Of a stretch of 64,000 nt of DNA, positions 36,692 to 44,949 are shown piece by piece (the first letter of the stretch is position 1; each line of letters starts with the position of its first letter). This DNA is from an uncultured bacterium (GTDB taxonomy: Bacteria; Patescibacteriota; Dojkabacteria; J137). The notes beneath the pieces are model-generated. The model searched no databases. It had not been told where the DNA came from and saw only the letters and a list, made by a program, of their open reading frames with translations. A program made the translations under genes and the position numbers. Location of the stretch: assembly GCA_963700155.1 (NCBI GenBank), contig OY969472.1:253511-317510 (forward strand). The letters are read 5' to 3'.

Positions 36692-37063
36692 ATGCCTACT
36701 AAAGATAAAACTTATGCAATAATTGGAGCTTCAAATAATCCAGAAAAATATGGGAACATTGTATTAAAAGATTTAAAAGACTCAGGATTTAAAGTAATTC
36801 CAATAAACTTACATGAAGAAGAAATACTAGGATTAAAGGTTTATAAAAGTGTTTTAGATTATCCTGAAAATATTGATGTTGCTGTGACTATCGTTCCTCC
36901 ACAAGTTACTGAAGAAGTTTTGAAACAAGTTAAGGAAAAAGGGATTAATATAGTCTGGATGCAGCCGGGATCAGAAAGTGAAGCTGCAATTCAATTTTGC
37001 AAAGATAATGGTTTAGAGTATAAGAATGATGATTGTATAATGTTAGCTAAAGAAAATACTTAA
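36692..37063 (+). CDS. CoA-binding protein (YccU family)
   Basis: AIIGASNNPEKYG, VIPIN, VWMQPGSES, DCIM. Confidence 0.9.
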   Translation: MPTKDKTYAIIGASNNPEKYGNIVLKDLKDSGFKVIPINLHEEEILGLKVYKSVLDYPENIDVAVTIVPPQVTEEVLKQVKEKGINIVWMQPGSESEAAIQFCKDNGLEYKNDDCIMLAKENT

Positions 37064-37383
37064 CTTTCAATAGGTTCTTCTGGAGCGGCTTTTTTTTCAA
37101 TAGCTTCAAATATCATCCTAAAATTTAACATAACGTATTTCATTCTAAATGCTGTTCTACTTGGTGTAGCTTCTCCTGTTGACATCTTTTTTTCCAATTC
37201 AAACAAATTTTGAGCATGTTTTTCAGAAAATTCTTTCATTATTCTAGCAATATCTTCTGCTGGTGAATTTCTAGTTTGAGTCCAAATTCTATCCATTTCA
37301 GTTTCAATATCTAAGAGAATTTGATAAAGTTCAGCTTCAGAATCTACCCTTTCTTTTAGATTAAGAAGATTTTGATTGCCCAT
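37060..37383 (-). CDS. Hypothetical protein
   Basis: 107-aa ORF. Confidence 0.6.
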   Translation of the reverse strand: MGNQNLLNLKERVDSEAELYQILLDIETEMDRIWTQTRNSPAEDIARIMKEFSEKHAQNLFELEKKMSTGEATPSRTAFRMKYVMLNFRMIFEAIEKKAAPEEPIES

Positions 37384-37479
37384 ATTTAATTACTAAGAAA
37401 TAATAATTAATATTAGCATAAAAGATATGCTAGATTTATTCTAATGTTATAATCCGATATATTTATTATTCATATAACA

Positions 37480-37974
37480 ATGTCTGGATATAGTATAGAT
37501 CGTTCATCAAGTTTTGATTTAGATACACTTTTAAATGAAAATCCCAGTTTGTATACAAAATTCATTGATTGCTTAAGAAGTGGTGAAATGCAAATTTTAA
37601 CTAATGATGAAATAATTGATTTACGAAACAGAAACTTAGTAGACACTAACATAGAGAGCAAAATAGTAATTGTGACTTTGGTAGCTGAATTATTAAACAG
37701 GAATCTTCATGAGACTCAAGAAGATTTTTTAGGGGAGAATGGCTATATAGAAAATGCAAAAAAAGCAATGCCACAATTAGTACAAAAACTTATAGAAGCA
37801 TTACAATCAGGAGAAGACTTATCTTTTCGTGAAGATTTGCAGCCTTTAGAGAGATATCATTTAGTCTTTAGAAGAAAGTCAGATCATAAATTTGCTGCTC
37901 ACATAATTGCAAGTAAAATATTAACACAAGAGTTTTTTGAAAATATAGACGATAACAACCAAGTTGAAGGTTAA
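37480..37974 (+). CDS. Hypothetical protein with internal two-fold repeat
   Basis: PSLYTKFIDCLRSGE..LRNRNLV versus PQLVQKLIEALQSGE..LERYHLV. Confidence 0.6.
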   Translation: MSGYSIDRSSSFDLDTLLNENPSLYTKFIDCLRSGEMQILTNDEIIDLRNRNLVDTNIESKIVIVTLVAELLNRNLHETQEDFLGENGYIENAKKAMPQLVQKLIEALQSGEDLSFREDLQPLERYHLVFRRKSDHKFAAHIIASKILTQEFFENIDDNNQVEG

Positions 37975-38067
37975 TGTGTTGCAGGGTTCCTCCGTTTTCT
38001 CTGCAACAACTTTAAAAAAAAGATTGTTCCAGCGTAGGAACCCTGAATAGAAAAATGGTGAGCTGTT

Positions 38068-38298
38068 CTAGGTTAACACATCGAAAATCTTCGAGCCTTG
38101 GCGCTCTTTGATTTCTATCGACAGTCTAGCCGATGCGGCTTCCTTTTCTTCCTTTGTTCCATACTCAAGTATCAACCGCAACGTTTCAATGCGGTTCCGT
38201 CTGCTCATCTGACGATGGATCTCTGCGAAACCGAACCACAGTAGAAAAGCAATGAAACACAGGACGACAAAGATTACAAAAAGGTATCCACTGTACAT
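38068..38298 (-). CDS. Small single-TM protein (76 aa), GC-elevated, SD-led
   Basis: AGGAGAGG 4 nt before the ATG; hydrophobic residues 5-25 then a charged tail; 57/120 GC counted over 38101-38220. Confidence 0.7.
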   Translation of the reverse strand: MYSGYLFVIFVVLCFIAFLLWFGFAEIHRQMSRRNRIETLRLILEYGTKEEKEAASARLSIEIKERQGSKIFDVLT

Positions 38299-38323
38299 TT
38301 AACCTCTCCTTTTCTATGCCATG

Positions 38324-38352
38324 ATTATATCATCAATATATACCTGGGGCAA
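38324..38352 (-). promoter_or_regulatory. Sigma70 promoter of the small TM gene
   Basis: TTGCCC-N17-TATAAT with TG extension. Confidence 0.7.
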
Positions 38353-38385
38353 TAAATCAAAATTTATAAGTGCTATAATTTCCAA

Positions 38386-39549
38386 ATGCTTAATTTATCA
38401 AAAGATCAAACAAATGCTTTAAAAACTTTAATGGAGTGGTGGAACTCAAATTCTAGACCACCATATATTACCCTAGGTGGATATGCAGGAACCGGTAAAA
38501 CGACTTTAATATCTGTTTTTAGGAATCAACTTCATGACCAGAATCAGACTTTAAAAGTAGCATTTTGTAGTTTTACCGGTAAAGCTACTAGAGTATTAAA
38601 AACTAAATTAAAAGAAGTTGATGCAATCTTCCCTAAAGATTCTGTTTCAACAATCCACTCATTAATTTATTCCCCAGTAACAAATTCTAAAGAAGAAATT
38701 ATCGGCTGGGATAAGAAAAAAACGATCGATTCAAATTTGATAATTATAGATGAAGCTTCAATGGTTGATTATGATATTTGGACCGATTTACTTTCATATA
38801 ACAAACCAATAATCGCTGTCGGGGATCATGGGCAACTGCCACCTATAAACGGGAATTTCAACCTAATGAAAAATCCTCAAATTAAACTATTAGAAATTCA
38901 TAGACAGGAGAAAGATAATCCTATTATTCAGCTATCAATTCTTGCAAGAGTAAATGGTGAAATTCCCTTCGGTGACTATGGCTCAGGAGTAAAGAAAATG
39001 GCAAGAAATGATTCTGAAGCTCAGGAAATAGTTGGTGACAAAATGAAGTATTATAATCCGGAGACTTTAATATTATGTGGCTATAATAATACACGAGTTC
39101 GATTAAATAAATATATAAGAAATAATCTGGATTTCGAAGGAGATATGCCAAAAATTAAAGATAGGGTAATCTGCTTAAGGAATAATCATCAAAAAGAAAT
39201 TTACAATGGAATGCTAGGAACTATAAAGGAAATTAAAATTTTAGATAATGAATGGTTGGATGCGAAAATTGAGATGGATGATGATGGACAGATATTTTCA
39301 GGCTCAATTTTCGCAAAACAGTTTAACAATAACCAGTCTTTAAACTTTACAAGAGAACGAAATTCCTCAGTTCGTGGAGATTTATTTGATTATGGATATG
39401 CCTTAACAGTTCATAAAGCTCAAGGCAGTCAGGCAAAAAGAGTAATTTTATTTGAAGAGAGATTTAAGCAGATGGATGATGAAATGTGGAAAAGATGGCT
39501 TTATACAGCAATAACTAGAGCTTCAGAAGAACTTTTTATTCTTGGATAA
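38386..39549 (+). CDS. RecD/Dda-like SF1B DNA helicase (short, standalone)
   Basis: GYAGTGKTT, FTGKA, STIHSL, IIDEASMV, VGDHGQLPP, YALTVHKAQGSQ, WLYTAITRA. Confidence 0.9.
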   Translation: MLNLSKDQTNALKTLMEWWNSNSRPPYITLGGYAGTGKTTLISVFRNQLHDQNQTLKVAFCSFTGKATRVLKTKLKEVDAIFPKDSVSTIHSLIYSPVTNSKEEIIGWDKKKTIDSNLIIIDEASMVDYDIWTDLLSYNKPIIAVGDHGQLPPINGNFNLMKNPQIKLLEIHRQEKDNPIIQLSILARVNGEIPFGDYGSGVKKMARNDSEAQEIVGDKMKYYNPETLILCGYNNTRVRLNKYIRNNLDFEGDMPKIKDRVICLRNNHQKEIYNGMLGTIKEIKILDNEWLDAKIEMDDDGQIFSGSIFAKQFNNNQSLNFTRERNSSVRGDLFDYGYALTVHKAQGSQAKRVILFEERFKQMDDEMWKRWLYTAITRASEELFILG

Positions 39550-39577
39550 AGTTAGTTGTAGAGAAATTGATTTTAGT

Positions 39578-39610
39578 AAAGAGGGCTTCTGCTTTGCAGA
39601 AGCCCTCTTT
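39578..39610. terminator. Bidirectional intrinsic terminator
   Basis: AAAGAGGGCTTCTGC-ttt-GCAGAAGCCCTCTTT. Confidence 0.85.
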
Positions 39611-39639
39611 TGACACTTTAACAGCTTAAAGCATATAAT
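39610..39639 (+). promoter_or_regulatory. Promoter of htpX
   Basis: TTGACA-N18-TATAAT. Confidence 0.65.
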
Positions 39640-39665
39640 AGATTCGATAGCTTAGATTTAAATCA

Positions 39666-40505
39666 ATGAGACTTTCACCAACAATAAAAACTGCGATTTT
39701 ACTGGGAGCTTTAACAGCATTACTTATCGTAATAGGATACTTAATTAGCGGATTTGGAGGAGCAGTTTTATTCTTTATTCTTTCTTTATTAATAAATATT
39801 GGTTCATATTGGTTTAGCGATAAAATTGCACTTTCAATGGCACATGCAAAGCCAATTGAAGAATCTCAAGCACCACAAATTTATGAAGATATTCGTGACT
39901 TAACTCAAAAAATGGGAATACCCATGCCAAGAGTTTATTATACAGAGGATTTACAACCAAATGCTTTTGCAACAGGTCGAGACCCCAATAATAGTGCTGT
40001 TGTAATAACTAAAGGATTATTAAATATTTTAAATAGGGATGAAGTTAGGGGAGTATTATCTCATGAACTTTCTCATATAAAAAATAGAGATGTTCTAATT
40101 TCTACAATTGCTGCTGTTTTAGCAGGAGCTATAACATCTATTGCTAATCTTGCAATATTTTTTGGGACTACTGGATCAGAGAGAAATAGAAATCCTTTAG
40201 CTGATCTACTTTTAATAATAATTACTCCAATTGCTGCTACATTAATTCAACTTGCTGTTTCAAGAAGTAGAGAATACGAAGCTGATGCAAATGGGAGTAG
40301 AGTAACTGGAAGACCTCAAGACTTAGCAAACGCTCTAATTAAACTCGATAGAGCAACGAAGCAGATTCCCTATATGAATGTAAATCCTGCACTCTCTTCT
40401 CTATTTATTCAAAATCCTTTTAGAGGCGAAGCTTTACTAAATCTATTTTCAACTCATCCACCTACTGATAAAAGAGTAGAACGATTGATGAGTATGCAAA
40501 AATAG
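39666..40505 (+). CDS. htpX: Zinc metalloprotease HtpX
   Basis: PNAFATGR, GVLSHELSHIKNRD, SRSREYEAD, FSTHPP. Confidence 0.95.
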   Translation: MRLSPTIKTAILLGALTALLIVIGYLISGFGGAVLFFILSLLINIGSYWFSDKIALSMAHAKPIEESQAPQIYEDIRDLTQKMGIPMPRVYYTEDLQPNAFATGRDPNNSAVVITKGLLNILNRDEVRGVLSHELSHIKNRDVLISTIAAVLAGAITSIANLAIFFGTTGSERNRNPLADLLLIIITPIAATLIQLAVSRSREYEADANGSRVTGRPQDLANALIKLDRATKQIPYMNVNPALSSLFIQNPFRGEALLNLFSTHPPTDKRVERLMSMQK

Positions 40506-40540
40506 AGTAAACTTTCTTTAATAAAAATTATTAGATTCTA

Positions 40541-40879
40541 ATGAATAAAAGGTACAGATTAATTTCTATCTTTATATTAATTATACTCGTCGTAGGATTC
40601 CTATACTTGGCTTCGTTATCTACAAATAATAATAATTCGATAAGTTTCTCAAATGCAGCATCAGGAGATGTAATTTGTGGGAATGCTGATACTAATAATA
40701 ATGGAGTCTTAGATTCTGTTGATTATAATGAACTAAAACAATTAGTTGGAGTAACTTGTAGTGATAAACCATCTCAAACATATTGTGGACCAAAAGATAT
40801 GAATGGAGATGGTAAGATTGATATACAAGATCTTTCAGAGTTTGGCAATAGATATAACAAACCAAACTGCGGACTGTAA
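40541..40879 (+). CDS. Membrane-anchored dockerin/EF-hand-like protein
   Basis: TM followed by DTNNNGVLDSVD and DMNGDGKIDIQD Ca-binding loops. Confidence 0.75.
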   Translation: MNKRYRLISIFILIILVVGFLYLASLSTNNNNSISFSNAASGDVICGNADTNNNGVLDSVDYNELKQLVGVTCSDKPSQTYCGPKDMNGDGKIDIQDLSEFGNRYNKPNCGL

Positions 40880-40896
40880 ATATAAAAATAAATTAT

Positions 40897-41412
40897 ATGA
40901 AAGTTATCCTTTACTATGCTACTTCAATTAATGGATATATTACTCATGGAGATAATGATTCTGATTGGGTATCCGAGACTGATTGGGAACAGTTTAATAA
41001 ATTAATGAAGGATTGTAGAATTATGTTAATGGGGAGTGTGACTTATGAATATTTTGGTGATGATTTCCCAGTTGAAGGAGCTTTAAATGTTGTTATGACT
41101 CATCAGCCCGAACTGTTAGAGAAAGGCGAAACTAAAGAATATCTTTTTACTGATAAAACTCCTGAAGAAGTAATAAAGTTAGCAGAAAAGAAAGGATTTC
41201 AACAAGTTATGCTAATAGGTGGAATGAATTTAGTAACTTCATTTATGAAAAATAATCTTATTGATGAGATCTGGCTAAGCGTTCATCCACTATTTATAGG
41301 AGATGGTAAACCAATTATAGAAAAAACTGAAATATTTAAAGAGCTTGAATTTTTAGGTTCTACAGAACTTTCAGAAGGGCTAATTCAACTTCGCTATGAG
41401 GTTATTCATTAG
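40897..41412 (+). CDS. Dihydrofolate reductase / RibD C-terminal family protein
   Basis: ATSINGYI, MGSVTYE, LIGG, LIDEIWLSVHPLFIGDG. Confidence 0.88.
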   Translation: MKVILYYATSINGYITHGDNDSDWVSETDWEQFNKLMKDCRIMLMGSVTYEYFGDDFPVEGALNVVMTHQPELLEKGETKEYLFTDKTPEEVIKLAEKKGFQQVMLIGGMNLVTSFMKNNLIDEIWLSVHPLFIGDGKPIIEKTEIFKELEFLGSTELSEGLIQLRYEVIH

Positions 41413-41625
41413 AAATAAACCCTATTCTTGTTTTATCTTCATCATCATTAGATTGCCTACTCAACTCATTAAAAATAATCTGAAGTTGTTCTGAATGTTT
41501 CGATAATTCATCTTCAATCGCAGAAACTTTTAAATTCAATTTGTTACTTGATGGTAAATTGTGTCTCATCAAAACAAAAATTCTAATTATCATAATGTTC
41601 ATCTGTATAGCTTTATGACATTGAT
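41402..41625 (-). pseudogene. C-terminal remnant of an ORF6N-family protein
   Basis: KAIQMNIMIIRIFVLMR...QLQIIFNEL...KTRIGF matches the tail of ORF6N proteins; an in-frame stop lies just upstream and the N-terminal domain is absent. Confidence 0.6.
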
Positions 41626-41700
41626 TTTATAAACATCTTCTTACAAAATTATGACAAATTTATTTATTGTATAATCAAATATAGCTATCATAGAAATTCA

Positions 41701-42453
41701 ATGCGGACTTCGAAAGGAATAAAAGGCATAATTTATCGAATATATAATTCTTCAGCAAGCGATAAAGTTTTAAACATGATTGATACTCGTGGTAGAAAAG
41801 TATCAATCTTAGCTAAAGGAGTTCGGAAACCAAATAGTAAAAAGTCTTATTCTATCGATCTAGGAAATTTCGTACAAGCTAATATTGTTGAAGGTTACAA
41901 CGTTCCAATACTTACTGAAGTTAAACTAATAAATGAATTTAGAAACTGGAAAGATACCTACCAAAAAATTATACTTCTTCAATATTTATGTGAGATTGTA
42001 GATAAATTTTCATTCGAAGATAATCCTGATTATCTACTGTATCAATTATTTCATGATATTTTAATCGCCAAAACTGACAAAGTTCTTTTTGCTGCGGCAG
42101 GTTTCAGCCTTGAGGTCTTGAAAGTAACTGGAAACCTGCCGCAGCTTGAACAAAGTTTAAGTACCGAAGATAATATTACACAAGAAGGAATTTATGCGAT
42201 TCCTGGTCAAATTGGGTATGTTTCTGAAAAAACTAATAATGAATTATCATTAACAACACAACCTATAAGTATTAATATATATAAAACTCAGAAATTTATT
42301 CTAAAACAGGGAACTATAAAAGCCCTAAGAATAAATTTAAGTCCTGAAGAAATCGAAAAGATGTTTAAAATGCATTCCGAGTGGATAGAAATTGCAATTG
42401 ATAATAAACTGAAATCTAAAGAAATATATTTTAAAATGAAAAATCATGGCTAA
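41701..42453 (+). CDS. recO: DNA repair protein RecO
   Basis: GIIYR..SDKVL..GRKVSILAKGVRKPNSK OB-fold, C-terminal KLKS; no Zn-finger cysteines. Confidence 0.85.
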   Translation: MRTSKGIKGIIYRIYNSSASDKVLNMIDTRGRKVSILAKGVRKPNSKKSYSIDLGNFVQANIVEGYNVPILTEVKLINEFRNWKDTYQKIILLQYLCEIVDKFSFEDNPDYLLYQLFHDILIAKTDKVLFAAAGFSLEVLKVTGNLPQLEQSLSTEDNITQEGIYAIPGQIGYVSEKTNNELSLTTQPISINIYKTQKFILKQGTIKALRINLSPEEIEKMFKMHSEWIEIAIDNKLKSKEIYFKMKNHG

Positions 42454-42904
42454 GGTGGACTTAGAAAAATTTTTAAAAGAACAAAAAATAATGGCGATTG
42501 CCACTTCAACATCAAAAGGTATGTGGATTGCAAATGTCTACTTTGCAACTGATTCAAATTTGAACTTCTACTTTTTAAGTGAACCAAATACTAGACATTG
42601 TCAGGATTTAAATGAGAATCCCGAAGTGGCAATCGCCATCTCATACTTTAATCCGGATAATCTTAGCGATAGATATGGAGTTCAAATGGTTGGAAAAGCT
42701 GAAAGAATTAAGAATTTCGTAGAAATGGGAAAAGCTTTTACAATTTATACTTCAAAATTTATTTCAAGCGGCGGAATTGTCACAGTTGATAATATAAAAC
42801 ATAAATTAATCAAGTCCAGACCTTATATTATTAAGCCAAAACTGATAAAATTCCTCAGCGATAAACTATATGGGAATTTAGGTACAGAAATCTTTGAATT
42901 TTAA
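42446..42904 (+). CDS. Pyridoxamine 5'-phosphate oxidase-like FMN-binding split barrel
   Basis: MAIATS..WIANVYF, YFLSEPNTRHCQDL, GVQMVG. Confidence 0.8.
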   Translation: MAKVDLEKFLKEQKIMAIATSTSKGMWIANVYFATDSNLNFYFLSEPNTRHCQDLNENPEVAIAISYFNPDNLSDRYGVQMVGKAERIKNFVEMGKAFTIYTSKFISSGGIVTVDNIKHKLIKSRPYIIKPKLIKFLSDKLYGNLGTEIFEF

Positions 42905-42910
42905 AAAAAT

Positions 42911-44851
42911 ATGAAAGTTTTATACTCACAATTACAAAAATATTTACCAAACTTAACAGCTTCATCAAAAGAAGTTACTGACGCTTACACACTAACAGGC
43001 TTTATGTTAGACAAATCTCTTGATGTTAAATATCAAGGTAAAGATGACAAATTCTTAGATCTCGAGGTTCGACAGAATCGAGCAGATGCTTTTGGAGTAA
43101 AAGGTTTAGCAAGAGAACTTTCAACATATTTTAATATTCCTATTGCATTCCCAGATTACGAAATGCCTGTCTCTAACTCGGAATATGAGCTCCCAATAGA
43201 AGTAAAAGCTGAGTCAGCAGTTAAAAGAGTAATGGCTGTAAAATTAACAAATTTAACAGTAAAAGAATCACCTGAATGGCTAAAAGACTATTTAGCACTA
43301 TATGATATTAATTCAATAAATAACCTTGTTGATTTAACAAATTTCGTAATGTTAGAAACCGGACATCCATCACATGCTTTTGATATCGATTTAATGCATG
43401 GAGATAAACTAATCTGGGAAATTAATCCTGAATTTAAAAACTTCACAACACTAAGTGGTGAAAAAGTTGAATTAGTTCCTGAGACTTTAGTAGTTTCGAA
43501 TGGAGAAAAACCTTTTTCCCTTTCGATAATTGGGGGGAAAGAAGCCGCTATAAATATGAATACAAAGAATATAGTTTTAGAAATTGCTGTTTATGATGGG
43601 GGATTGATTCGAAGAAATTCTAGACAATTAAAAATAATCACAGAAGCAAGCCAAAGACTTGAAAAATACCTTGATCCCGAATCAATCCCCCAAGCCTTTT
43701 CAATGCTAGTAAGTTTAATTTTAGAGAACTGCGGGGGAGAAGTTGCATCTAATATTTATGATAATTATTTACAACCAACACCAGAAGTTGATATAAAAGT
43801 TGATCTTAACAAAGTCCAGCAAGTTGCTGGAATAGAAATTTCATATGAAGAATCAATCCAGTACCTTGAAAGATTAGGATTCAAAATCTTAAATCAGGAA
43901 ACTAATATTGTGACAGTAAGAAGACCAATTGATAGATTAGATATTGAAATGGAAGAAGATGTATTCGAAGAAATAATTAGAATGAAAGGATATAATAATA
44001 TTCCTAAAGAAAAACTCTCATCAGTATTAGTAAAAGATATAACTCCTAGGACAATTACACTTGTGAACAAAATTGAGGAACATCTTTCTGCAAGAGGATT
44101 TGATGAAGTTAGATCATGGGTTTTGGTTGATTCAATTTCAAATAAGAAAGCCAATTTCAAAAAGTGGGAAGAAATTGAGGTTACTAATTCAATTAATGAA
44201 GAAGTCCCATTCCTACGAGAGTCAATCAGTGTAAGCCTGTTAGATAAATTTAATAAGTATAAAAAAAATAATATTCCTGATATTAAAATTTTTGAGAATG
44301 GTAAAATTTTTGGAAAAAATAATAACGAATATTTTGAATCAAATTCGCTTGGAATATTAGTTGAAGGAAATGATATTAACAAACTTAAAACTGAAACAGA
44401 AAGTCTTTTAAGAACTCTGGGATTAAAGAATCTTATATATAAAATTGCTGATAATCCTCCAAAAACTGCTCACCCAAAAACTTGTTGGAATATTTATTCC
44501 AACGATACAATGGTTGGGATTATTTACTTATCTAATACTACATTAATCAACGAATGTTGCATTACAGAAGTAGATGTTGACAAAATTATTGATTTAACTA
44601 ATAAAAATACATCAAGTGCAACTTTAGAAGTTACACAAAAACTTGTTGAACTTGATGTTAATGTAGAGTTGGATAAGAATGAAAATATTAATGAATACAT
44701 AATAAATAAAGTAAACGACAATTCTAATATTTGGAAATGGTCAATTATAGATAAATTTGATCAGGAAGGAAAAAACAAATATACAATTCGAGTTTACTAT
44801 GTAAATTTGAGTGACCCAGAAGCAAAAGAACTCCATGAAAGCATATTCTAA
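42911..44851 (+). CDS. pheT: Phenylalanine--tRNA ligase beta subunit (short form without B2 OB domain)
   Basis: NRADAFGVKGLARE, SINNLVDLTNFVMLETGHPSHAFD, RLDIEMEEDVFEEIIRMKGY. Confidence 0.92.
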   Translation: MKVLYSQLQKYLPNLTASSKEVTDAYTLTGFMLDKSLDVKYQGKDDKFLDLEVRQNRADAFGVKGLARELSTYFNIPIAFPDYEMPVSNSEYELPIEVKAESAVKRVMAVKLTNLTVKESPEWLKDYLALYDINSINNLVDLTNFVMLETGHPSHAFDIDLMHGDKLIWEINPEFKNFTTLSGEKVELVPETLVVSNGEKPFSLSIIGGKEAAINMNTKNIVLEIAVYDGGLIRRNSRQLKIITEASQRLEKYLDPESIPQAFSMLVSLILENCGGEVASNIYDNYLQPTPEVDIKVDLNKVQQVAGIEISYEESIQYLERLGFKILNQETNIVTVRRPIDRLDIEMEEDVFEEIIRMKGYNNIPKEKLSSVLVKDITPRTITLVNKIEEHLSARGFDEVRSWVLVDSISNKKANFKKWEEIEVTNSINEEVPFLRESISVSLLDKFNKYKKNNIPDIKIFENGKIFGKNNNEYFESNSLGILVEGNDINKLKTETESLLRTLGLKNLIYKIADNPPKTAHPKTCWNIYSNDTMVGIIYLSNTTLINECCITEVDVDKIIDLTNKNTSSATLEVTQKLVELDVNVELDKNENINEYIINKVNDNSNIWKWSIIDKFDQEGKNKYTIRVYYVNLSDPEAKELHESIF

Positions 44852-44878
44852 GCCAAATTCCTAAATGAAATAGATATA

Positions 44879-44939
44879 GAAAGCGGGCAGACCCCAGATA
44901 CCAAACATTTTATACCTGGCATCTGGGGGTCCGCCCGCT
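44879..44939 (-). terminator. Long GC-rich hairpin between convergent genes
   Basis: Minus strand AGCGGGCGGACCCCCAGATGCCA...TGGTATCTGGGGTCTGCCCGCT-TTC with G-U wobbles. Confidence 0.7.
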
Positions 44940-44949
44940 AAATCCATTA

